The notes under the pieces were generated by a model. That model saw only the letters and a program-made list of their open reading frames with translations. It was not told the origin of the DNA and searched no databases. From Lepidodermella squamata (taxonomy: Eukaryota; Animalia; Gastrotricha), in contig JBLDXI010000019.1 in the NCBI GenBank assembly GCA_047495785.1, positions 496,001 through 560,000 on the forward strand: a DNA stretch of 64,000 bases, given 5' to 3'. Of the stretch, positions 47,457-59,519 are shown one piece after another. Every line of letters starts with the position of its first letter. Within the stretch, counting starts at the first letter, position 1. A program made the position numbers and the translations under genes.

Positions 47457-50400
47457 ATGAGGACTAGATTAACCTTGATTGTTTTACTCGCGTTGGGAAG
47501 TCAATACACGTCAGCATTAGGGCGTAAGTATCAATCTGCAACATCTTAAGTTCTTATTCACATTCCCCCATTACTTCAGGACTCATTGGATATTGGCCGC
47601 TTACATCAACCGTGCAGTCTAATGCCAACTTGTGGGACGTTAGTGGGAATGACAATACATGCAGAATGTGCCCCACCGGCAACGTGTCAGTGAATCCAAT
47701 AGGTCCATGGAACTTCGCGTATGCATCTACGAAAGTTGGCTTTGACGCTAACAGCTGCATCTATTTGCCGAAAACAAACATGTCTCTAAGCCAATCTTGG
47801 ACGATCATCGGCTACGTCTATGTCCAATCTGGCAGCGGTCCTTTTATTGATTTCGCTGTTTCGTCTCTTGGGCAAACACCATTCGGCCCTAATATATTTT
47901 TAACTGTTGCACCTGGCGGTGATTCCGTTCGAACCGATTTGATGCAACCAAATCTGAATGCGCAAAGTGCCGCAACTTTGGCAAATAAGTGGGTAATGAT
48001 TACCGCAACGTTCGATGCGCCTTCTTCTACATTCAATACCTACTTGGACACGACTCTTCTAACTTCTATTCCGACTGCCGGCTATTCGTTTCCTATGCCG
48101 AAGATTGGCTACGTGGTTGGGACGCGTTGGAACTCGACTGGTTTTCTTGGATCTGTTGCGTGCTTTGCCATGTTCAATTCGACCTTCACGGCCTCTCAAA
48201 TCGACCTGTTTCAATACATCTGTCGTTCGGCACCGAAAGCTAGAGCAAATGACTTGATACCAACAAACGACAGATATAATACACAGTGGTCGAAATCCCT
48301 GTCTCTTCCCATAGCTGGCAGTGGTAATGTTACATGAGAGGAAGATGTACTTACCATAAACTTCTATTTTCCTAGTTGTAAACCCAGGTTTTACGCAATG
48401 GTTGGTAACTGGAGCAGCCGAGGCTCAAGAGCTTTCTCTGACTCTCGTCAAACAGCCGAATCAGTTTGGTGGCATTTGGTCGACTGCGGTAAGGAATATA
48501 ACATGTTTTGTTAATCGAATCACTTTCAATAAAATATGATGAAACAGCCAATCACTGTTTCTCATATACGCTTTGAGGCAACGTTCAGCCTTCAGGGCAC
48601 TGGGAATCTTTTCGGCATTTTCATTGTCGATAAGTACAAAACCGCCCGACCAGGAAGTAAGTTATAATATTCCCATTTTTTTCGGAGCGCAATTGTCTTC
48701 TTTACGCCAGCAACACGGTATTTCGAAGTGGAGGCATCCTCTTTCATAGGACTCGGCGTTATTTTCGACACGAGCAAAGGATTGGCCTACTACATTTACA
48801 ATAGAGTGGCCAATCCGCGGATAACAGATGCCAACTATTATCGCGATCAACCGATAAAGCAGCGTGAAACAACCGCTGTCGGAGACCTCAAGTCGGGAAG
48901 GCAAACAATTGTACTGGAAATCGTTTACGATAGTTTGACAGTTTATCAGCTTCAGGACGGAGGCTCAGTGAGGAAGATTTTCGACAATGTCAATATCCGA
49001 GGATTCCTCTACCTCATGCCAGACCTTATGGTTGGCGTCTCGGCTTTATCTAGTGGCCCGTCGCCTTGCTCAGTGGATTTACTGAGTTTTCAGACCTATT
49101 ACATTTATTTGAACGAGGGGCCTAAATCTTTCATGCCCTATTTATCGCTGATCGACAATTCTAACAAAGGTATTTATGACGAATGCGACCGGTTAATATT
49201 GTAAATTAATTAAAATTGCATTTGGCTATAATAGGAAACTGGACTATTGTAACCAAGCCTATTGATAACAGCGGTGAAGTCACCTCGAAGCTGATCGATT
49301 TTTCAACAACGACAGGATTTCTTCTCTCGAGTCGAGAAGACGTCGGCATGCAGTCCGCGGTCTATTCGGTGCAGGTTAGAATCTCAATCTAAGCAACCCT
49401 GATTATGTCGTTTTTCTCTGTTTCAAGAATTGGCCCATAGATTCATCGGATATATTAGCCGTATTTTGCGTCAACGTCGAAAATCAGCCCCAGGGCGACG
49501 GTTTGACCATCTTTTTCGTACCACCAGGTAGCTTCAATAATGGCATCAAATGTAAGGAAATTCATCTTACAAATCTGGAAAGTTTATATATTGTAATATC
49601 TTAGCGGGGCCTGGCTATCTACCTCAACCGTTCAAGGGCTTTGCAGTTATAGTAAACGGGCCGAATTCGTTCCTTCGAGTTGTCTACGAAGACGTGGGGG
49701 CGGCTGATGCCATGAGACCAGAAATCATACTTTCCAACTTTGATAAAATAGACCCTAAGATTGCGTTTGGCAACACTTGCTACGAGATTTCTATGAATAA
49801 CAACGAAGCTTTTGTAAGATTATCCATATAGCTGATCAAATTTCCTGCTATTTTAACAAGAGTTTTTCTTTATCAGGTTGGCGTATACAATGAGTCTGGC
49901 AGTTATATTCCTCTCGCATCGAATGTTTGGATACCAAAATTCAAAAAGCTTTCACCTTGGGTAATTGGCATTGGGACGCAGAACACAGTAGTCGGCCATG
50001 AAGTTCGCATTTATTCAATTAAATTTTTCAAGCTGCCGGCTGACAACAGCCGGGAGCAGCAAGCACTTTCTGTTGATGTATCTAACCCGCTTGGAAACGC
50101 AGGATTTGGTATGCAAGTATTGCGTGCTATCTCTTTTTATGTTGATATTTTCAGATGCCTGGAGAGTGGAAGAGTCCTTATCGGCAGGTTCTCAACCTTA
50201 CCAAATCTTCCCACCTCCAACAGCTATCACCAACCGGGGTTATGCATTGCTCGATAAGACACTGAATAGAAAAATTCGATTTATTTACGCAAAGGTAAGC
50301 TACGCAGTCCCAGTGATGTGATTTAAACTATTTGCCTGTGAATAGCCCTACTATCCGTCATCGGGAGGATTGAATTTGATGTTCAGGTTCAACATGGAGT

Positions 50401-52983
50401 TGAATGCGACTGGGGATGGTTTCGCTATCTTCGTAATCCCTGAAGAAGACGTGAACAGCAAAACTGGGGCATATCTACTCCCGGCAGATTTTCGAGGCTT
50501 CGCACTCATAGTCAGTCCAATAAATAATACCGTCACTGTGGTTACGAATGTGCTGCCTACGAAAACAAGCGTGATCGACTTGAAGCCATTCTTGAGAAAA
50601 TCGTGGCAACCCATATATGGGTTTACCACTTACGAAGTTAGGGTGGGATCGGACTCCTTATTCGTAAGTCTTTTTCTTTTTATGATTATTCCAACATCTA
50701 ATGACACCCCTGTAAAAGTGTAAATTGCGAGCATCAAATGGCGATGTTAGTAACTTTGGCCAAATATCGTACGGTATACTCGCTGTCGGTGGACCTTGGG
50801 TCGTTGGTGTTGTGGCAACCAATAGCGAAAGTGGCGTCTCTCGAATTCAAGCGAATTCATTGAAAGTTTCTACAGGTGGAGATTCGCAGAACCCTGATTC
50901 GTCTCCTGAGCAAGGTAAATCGATCTTTTGAATCGTGTTCTTGTTGTAATTGTTCACAATTCATTTTGGTCTTCGTAAAATTTTACGCATTAAAATGTCA
51001 TTACAGGCATTTATCAACCCCAGTTCTCCTTCGATGGTTACAATTTGGGTAGAATTGTGTTCCTTCCTGGCGCAACCGTTCTGATTGTTTTTTATTTCAG
51101 GCGAAAATTGGATAGTTCGAACAAAAGACAGCGATAACCTAAACTTGGCATCTAACTTTGCGAACCTTCAGACAATGAACGTAGCTATGCTAAAGCTGCA
51201 CCCCTACTCTAAACCACGTCAAGCGATTATGTACACGAGAAAGGTCCGCTAATTTAGCCATGTAATTATCATTTGTATCCAGATTTTTTAGCCCTTGGCT
51301 CTGAATACAACATCTGGCTATGTTATAAACATCAACGTATACGTAGTAAGTTCTGGCGGTGAGGGATTCGATATTTTCCTGGCCAACCCAGAGAGCATAA
51401 ATGCTTCTAATTGGCAGTGTAAGTTTCTTTGCAATTTATTCTGATTGCTTTCTAAAGAACATGTTGCCTTCCAGATAGCAATGCTGAGTACTACCTGCAA
51501 TTCCCCGTTCGAGGGCTACATTTCATCGTCAACACACGGCAAAAAAATGCTGTCAAAATGGTTTACAGCTACTCACCGATGACATCCCTAATCAATGGAC
51601 CGCAGTTCTCCAACGAAACTTTATACTTGAACAACAGCCAATTATGGTTTACCAACGGATCATATATCTATTCGAACGTTACCGTTCGCCTCACTGTGGA
51701 GAGTGACTACGTTTCGGTAAGGCATCCTATATACAATTTAATCCCTCATTCAGCACTTGGGTAAATAGGCCTCTCTTCGCGATATGCAAGATAACGTGTA
51801 CAAAATCTCCGAGAAGCAACTAGCTCCTTGGCTGTCGATTGCAGGGCCGTGGTATCTGGGAATCGGAACTAAAGCATCCAACTACGTCCTCGACTTCGGC
51901 GTTATTTCCATTCGAACATACTCGCTGCTTAAACCAATGACAGTGACCACATCAACAACCTCGACCACGACTACAAGCACGTCCCCACCTTCCACAACAT
52001 CGATAACAACCACAAGCACGTCATCTTCATCTACGACGTTGACCACAACTACAAGCACATCCTCTCCTTCGACCAGAATTTCAAGTACGTTTCCGACTTC
52101 AAGCAATTCGATAACTTCCTCGAATAGCACCCGGCCTTCGACAAAATCAGCGAAAACAGCTAAACGAATAGTCGAACCAAGTTATTACCACATAAGTGAG
52201 TTTGTTAATAAAGATTTTTTGAAATATATGTCAAGACATTTTCATGCAGGTGTCAGTGGTATGATTGAGGTTGAGGGTAACATGACGCTGCCGGATGGAA
52301 CAGTTCTTCCGTGTGAACCTTGGCCTGAAGAGCTCGACAACTCCAGTTCATACCTGTACAAGAGCGTTGCATCTGTGATGGCTAACGAGGTATCGATCTG
52401 AAAACTATAACTTCTTCATCTTGGTTGGTTTTCCCCACAGATTGTGTTGACCTATTTGCAGTCGGGCGCAGCTAATGTGTCTGTGAACATCACTCGAATC
52501 TTCAGAGGGAGTATCATCGCTGATTACATTGTTGTACTTCGGAGCCTTACTCAATTAAGCGAAGAGGAGATCAGTGCTAGGGTAGAAATAGCGATAAAGG
52601 CACTAGCCGCCGCTGCTGCTGCTAGGATTGGTCAGATTGTCTCAGCGAAAGTGCGTGGTATTCAGATCATTTCAAGACCCCCGACCACCACCCCAGATCA
52701 GATCGAGTTCACTTACGATCAAGGCAGTGATGCAGGATCTGGATTGACGCAGGAACCGGACAGCTCTCCTAATAAACAAGTAACAGGTTTAAGATTACCA
52801 AACATCTCCGGCTTCACTAACAATCATGGACTGGGTATAACGCTGGGCCGCATTGGTGGATTTCCAAGCACTTTGAAGACTCCAAGCGCTTTTGGCCGAT
52901 CCGCTGCATCCCAAATTAGAATGGACATTATTTTCAAGTTTCTGAATTTCTTTATTCTTTTCTATTTTGATTTTCAAGCATAA
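47457..52983 (+). CDS. Array paralogue E (closest to C)
   Basis: Signal exon MRTRLTLIVLLALGSQYTSALG. Collinear with C but has no retroelement. SEA 'IFRGSIIADY'. Confidence 0.78.
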
Positions 52984-53159
52984 ATAACCTGTTATTACCA
53001 CTTCTTTGTACGCTGTACGCTGAATTATAACATTGTTGTCTCTACGTTGTAAAAATAAACTTGCGAGTGATGTACAGAAATCACCGTTTCCCCAATGGAT
53101 AGGTTTTTATGGATTGAAAACAGTGTACTCATCATCCAGATATATTTATGTCAACTGAT

Positions 53160-53285
53160 GCTCATAGGACTTTAGATAGCGATGGAGGCACTAGTCGCCG
53201 CCGCTGCAGCGAGAATCGGTCCGATAGTCTCAGCGAAAGTGCGAGGCGTTCAAATCAATCGCAACCACCGCCTACCACGCAACTA
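53160..53285 (+). pseudogene. Second degenerate SEA-exon remnant
   Basis: ggcactagtcgccgccgctgcagcgagaatcggt...tctcagcgaaagtgcgaggcgttcaaatc closely matches 58865-58940. Confidence 0.65.
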
Positions 53286-53577
53286 CCTATGATTTCTCCA
53301 CAGAAGTTTTCCAGATCGATGTTTTTCGTCAAATTTATATGTAACGATCTCATGAAGTAAGTATGATATTCGCTGCAAACAGTTGTCGCTGTGCGCTGCG
53401 TTAAAACCAAATATCGCAAAACGCCCACGTCGTTAGATTTTGTTAAGCCTGCTGAGGGGAATTCTCTACTAGGAATTGCAAGGTTTGTAAATCGTTACCT
53501 TGTCTGTTTATTTTTAATCAAAATATTCAGTCGAACTGTTTTCGTCCAATATGGATAATTGCTGAGAAAATGCTAGG

Positions 53578-56500
53578 ATGAGAACCAAATCGGCCTTGAT
53601 CGCTGTTCTCACGCTAACAGCTGTTTTCTCAAAAGCGTCTGGCCGTAAGTTCAAAAGAATTTGAGTCACTTTGCTTGTATACTGAGTCAACGACTGCAGG
53701 AGTGATTGGTTATTGGCCGCTTACATCAAACATGCAGTCTTATGCCAACTTGTTGGATGTTAGTGGGAATGACAATACGGGCAGAATGTGCCCCACCGGC
53801 AACGTGTCAGTAGATCCGATAGGTCCATGGAACTTCGCCTCAGCATCATTGAAAGTTGGATTTGACGCTAACAGCTGCATCTATTTGCCGAAAACAAACA
53901 TGTCTCTAAGCCAATCTTGGACGATCATGGGCTACGTCTATGTCCAATCTGGCAGCGGTCCTTTTATCGATTTCGCTTTATCAAACTCTCTTGGGCAACA
54001 ACCCTTCGGGCCTAACATATTTCTATCTGTTGCACCTGGTGGCGACTCAGTTCGAACCGATTTGATGCAACCAAATCTGAATGCGCAAAGAGCCGCAACT
54101 TTGGCCAATAAGTGGGTAATGATTACCGCAACGTTTGATGCGCCTTCTTCTACATTCAATACCTACTTGGACACGACTCTTCTCACTTCTATTCCGACTG
54201 CTGGTTACTCGTTTCCTACGCCGAAGATTGGCTACGTGGTTGGGACGCGTTGGAACTCGACTGGTTTCCTCGGATCGGTTACGTGCTTTGCAATGTTCAA
54301 TTCGAGTTTTACGACCTCTCAAATCGACCTGTTTCAATATATCTGCCGTTCGGCACCGAAAGCTAGAGGAAATGAATTGTTACCAGTCGCATCGTTTTAT
54401 GACCCGAAATGGAATAGGGAGTTGTCTCTTCCGATAGCAGGAGGCGGTAATAAGACAAAGCTGAAAGCTGATTGCTTTAAAAGTTTCTACTTTTTAGTAT
54501 TGAATCCTGCTTTCACTCAGTGGTATTTAACTGGAGCGGCTGAAGTACAAGAGCTCTCCATTGCCTTGGTCAAACAGCCTAACCAGTTTGGTGGCATTTG
54601 GTCTTCTGCGGTAAGAAAAATCGAGTTTCTATAAGAATGCCCAGGACCGAATTAGATTTATGGAGATTTTTCTCGCAATTAGCCACACTTAACCCAAGTG
54701 TTTGAAAAATTCGACTGCTGTCAACGGTTTTCTTCCCTTTCTTTCCATAAGTCTTCGCCTAATGATGATTTCCAATTTTTACTAGTCAATCACTGCTTGG
54801 CACTATCGCGTAGAGGTAATGGTCTCTTTGCAAGGCACTGGTAATCTCTTCGGTATATTCATGATCGACAAGTACAAAACCGCTCGCCAGGGATGTGAGT
54901 GTTTCATCCTTAATCCGTAACACAGCTCGAAAATATGAAGTCATCTATCCCATTTAGCATCGAAGTACTTCGAAGTGGAGTCGTCGTCATTCATAGGACT
55001 CGGCGTGATCTTCGATTCCAGCAACAAAGTCGCTTACGTTATTTACAACAGAGTTGTCAATCCGCGAGTGATAGATGCGAAATACTATCGTGATCAGCCT
55101 ATAAACATAGCTGAGAAAACAGCAGTTGTAGGCCTCACATCCGGCAGACAAACAATAGCACTTGACATTGTTAGAGATTCTTTAACCGTATACCAACTAA
55201 TTGACGGAGGTTCAGCAACAACTCTTTTCAGCAATGTCAATCTACCGGGGATTTATACCCTCATACCCGATCTAATATTAGGTGTTTCGGCTATTTCGAA
55301 TGGTCCTTCGCCTTGTGCTGTCGAGATGCTGAGTTTGCAGACCTATAACATCAGAGTAAATGAAGGATACAGAGTTCTTAATCCGCCTTTGTCGCTCATG
55401 GATTACTCCAACACAGGTTTAGCATTAATTGATTGTTTGATTGATCGAAAGTTTTCCTTTCAGCGAATTGGACTGCCCAGAAGAAATCAATTGACAACAG
55501 CGGTCAGGCTACCTCGATGCCCGTCGACTTTTCAACGATAAGCGGTTTCCAGCTACCATCTGGCGTTGGGGAACAGTCGGTATTGTATTCCATTCAGGTC
55601 AGTATTAATCCCTAATTATAAGATGAGGTATGTGTCTTCCATCCCAACGATCCCAACAGAGTTTGCCAGTGGACACTGTCGATATCACAGCTGTATTTTG
55701 CGTCTACATGGAGAATAGACCCTTGGGTGATGGCCTGACAATATTTTTTGTTCCGCCCGGTAGCTTCGATCCAAATGTGAAATGTAGGTCATTTCCTAAC
55801 TAGCGTGGTTAAGAGATCTAATAGTTTATGTCAAAAGCTGGTCCTGGATTTCTGCCTCAGCCTTTCAAAGGATTTGCTGTCGTAATAAATGGACCGAATT
55901 CTTTTCTTCGTATTGTTTACGAAGATGCCGGGGCGGCTGACTTCATGAAATCAGAAATGATACTTCAGCACATGGACAGAACAGATCCCTCGATAGCGTT
56001 TGGCAATGTATGCTACGAGATTATAATCAATAGCAACGAAGCTTTTGTAAGATGATAACTAGCAGGCAATGAGTAGTCTTGATATTTGAGGATAATTAGG
56101 TTGGCGTATACAATGAGTCTGGTAATTATACCGCTCTAGCGAAGAACGTCTGGGTTCCAAAATTCAAAGATCTTGCCCCGTGGGTTGTGGGCATTGGAAC
56201 GCAAAATACTGTTATTGGCCACGAAGTTCGCGTCCACTCCATCAAGCTGTTCACGGTTGGAACAGCAGATGCTAGGAACGCAGTGCAGGCATCGCTGGCC
56301 ATTGATTTGGCCTATCCTTTAACATATGCTGGGTTCGGTATGCTCATATTTTCTATAAAATATGCTTCAATCACCGCTTTCTAGATGCTTGGAGAGTCGA
56401 TGAGTCGTTGTTAGGCTCTCAGCCAGTTCGGATCTTCCCACCTCCGACTGCAATTACTAACCGGGGTTACACGCTTCTTGATAGGACTCCTAATAGAAAA

Positions 56501-59103
56501 GTTCGCATTCTATCAACGAAGGTAGGCGCTATTGGCTCCCTGAAGATTGCTAATAATTTGTTCGTGGAATAGCCCTACTATCCGTCTTCTGGAGGATTAA
56601 ATATAGTGTTCAGGCTGAATTTGGAGCTGAACTCCACTGGGGACGGTTTCGTGATTTTCATTATTCCAGAGGAGGACGTTGACAGCAAAGCTGGTGCATT
56701 TCTACTCCCTGCAGATTTTCGAGGAATGGCTCTCATTGTCAGTCCTATGAATAATTCTGTAACCCCAGTTACGAATGTGCTCAGGAGCAAACAGGCCGTA
56801 AACGAAATAAAGCCAGTTAGCAAAGTTGGGCAGCCTATATATGGATTCACCAGTTACGAGTTGCGGCTAAGTGGGGAATACGTATATGTGTGTTTCTGCA
56901 ATGCATGCTATAACTGTTTGAAAGATGTTATTAAATCTTTGCAGTTCAAGCTAAGAGCTGCCAGCGGGGACTTAATCGACTATGGCACAGTAATTTATGC
57001 TGGACTTGCAGTCAATGGACCTTGGATTCTTGGCGTTGCCGCCAGCAACAGCGAAAAGGGTGCTAGTCGAATCCAAATTCATTCTCTGAAATTTACTCCG
57101 GGAGGGGATGTGCAAAACCCTGATTCGTCTCCCGAGCAAGGTAAATTGAAATGCTAAATGATTGTTTAATCTTCTTTACTGTCTATGTTTACAGGAGTCT
57201 ATCAGTCTCAATACTCGTTTGACGGATATAATTTGGGTATGTTATTGCATGAATTCATTTCTATACTGAGTTTTGTGTATAAGGCGAAAATTGGGTGATT
57301 CGAACCAAAAGCGATGCCAATTTAGACTTGGGAAGCAACGTGGCAAACCTGCAAACAAGAAATCTGGTCGCGCTTAGATTGCATCCCAACTCAAACAAGC
57401 GACAGACGGTCATGTACACCAGAAAAGTAAGTTATATAAACTTTTGAAAGTGCGATAGCCTTTACTGGAATCAAATTCCAGCCTTTAGCCCTGAGCACAA
57501 CATCTGGATACGTCATAACCCTTAATCTCGGGGTAATTAGTGGCGGCGGTGACGGATTCGATATTTTCCTAGCTAATGCAGAGAGTCTAAACGTGTCGAA
57601 TTGGCAGTGTAAGTTTCTTTTGCAACTCATCCTGAATGATTCTAACAAATGTTGGCGATCAGATAGCAATGCTGAGTTCTTCTTGCAATTCCCAGTTCGA
57701 GGATTGCATTTTCTCGTTAACACCCGGCAAAACAACGCTATGAAAATGGTTTACAGCTACTTACCGATGAAATCTCTAATCAATGGACCGCAGTTCTCTA
57801 ACGACACTGTTTATCTGAATAATAGTCAATTATGGTTTCCTAATGGAACGAATTCTTACTCGAACATTACTGTTCGCCTAACTGTGGAGAGTGACTACGT
57901 CTCGGTAAGACCCATAGAGTAATTAGTAATTAGGGAAGTGGGTTTATGAATTTATTATTGGAAAAGGCTTCTTTTCGAGATCAAAATTCCAACGTGTATA
58001 AAATTGCTGAGAAACAAATGGCCCCTTGGCTGTCGATTGCGGGGCCGTGGCATCTCGGAATTGGAACGAAAGCATCCACCTACAACTTCGACTTCTACGT
58101 CTATTCTATTCGTACTTACTCGCTACTCAAGCCAATGACAGTAACCACATCAACAACATCGACCACGACTACAAGCACGTCGCCACCTCCTACAACATCG
58201 ACAACAGTCGCAACCCCGCGTCCTTCTTCTACATCACCTACCACAATCAAAAGTATGCCCCTTTCTTCCAATACGTGGACTAAGACTACTTTGCCTTTGC
58301 CTACTTTTATAGCATCGACCACAGTCGACAGCAAGTCACACTCTTCAGCAAGCACTTCAACTGCTTCACCACCTTCGAAGGCCTTCTCCAGCATTTCCCA
58401 GCCAGCGACAAGTTCGGCGACAACAACCAAGAGATTTGTTGAGCCAAGCTATTACAAGATCGGTGAATTTAAATAAGGATAATTATTCGGAAATATTTAA
58501 AAAAAAATTACTCAGGTGTCACTGGTATGATTGAGGTTGAGGGTAACATGACGCTGCCGGACGGAACAGTTTTGCCGTGTGAGCCTTGGCCTGAAGAGCT
58601 CGACAACTCAAGTTCATTCTTGTACCAGAGCGTAGCAGCTGTTATGGCTAAGGAGGTATCGATCTGACAGCTATAATTTCTGCATCTTTATTGGCTTTTT
58701 TGAACAGATTGTGCTAACATATTTGGAGTCAGGCGCAGCTAATGTGTCAGTGAACATCACTCGAATTTACAAGGGCAGTGTCATTGCTGACTACATTGTT
58801 GTACTTCGGAGCCTTACGCAATTAAGCGAAGAGGAAATCAGTGCTAGGGTTGAGATAGCCATAAAGGCACTAGCCGCCGCCGCTGCTGCCAGAATCGGTC
58901 AGATTGTCTCAGCGAAAGTGCGAGGCGTTCAAATCATTTCGAGACCACCAACTACCACGCCGGATCCAATGGAGCATACTCCAGGCACTGGACCGAAAAT
59001 AACGCTTAGAACTCCAATGGGCCGATCCCCTGCAACCAGTATTAGAATGGACATCATTTTCAAGTTCCTCGATTTTTTAATCTTTTTCTATTGTGCATTT
59101 TAA
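53578..59103 (+). CDS. Array paralogue F (C/E-like, more diverged)
   Basis: Signal exon MRTKSALIAVLTLTAVFSKASG. LamG-like domain, four lectin-like repeats, Thr/Ser stalk, SEA 'IYKGSVIADY', hydrophobic C-terminus. Confidence 0.78.
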
Positions 59104-59519
59104 TTGAATAATCCGTTTCTTCTTGGTACGCTGAACTATTCCTGTCTTCTTATTGTAATGTAATAAACCAGCTATTGATGAAAAGTAATCACTAGATTTC
59201 CCATTGACTCTGACTGGTTGGAATCTACTTCCGGACAGGCCCTAGAACATTAAATGAAACGAAAAATTATATTTTGGTAATTTTGTGCTGAACAGATTTT
59301 TTGTCTTCACTTGTGTGTGCCATGGAAAAAAAATTTCAATTATTGAGCAAATAATGAAGGAGTTCCAATTAAACGGCAACCACCATTCTCTAAATCAAAT
59401 GTTTCCCAGGTTCAGTTCCACTTGATTGTCAATACTGCCAGCTCCTTTTGTCTGATTGAAAGTAAACTTGCTAGCCTACATTAGAAATTATACATTAAAA
59501 TAAGCATGAAATAAAATAA

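Noticed and set aside
54611-54785. Enlarged intron 3 in paralogue F
   Set aside because: About 120 extra bp but no TIR or TSD seen, so not called as a mobile element.
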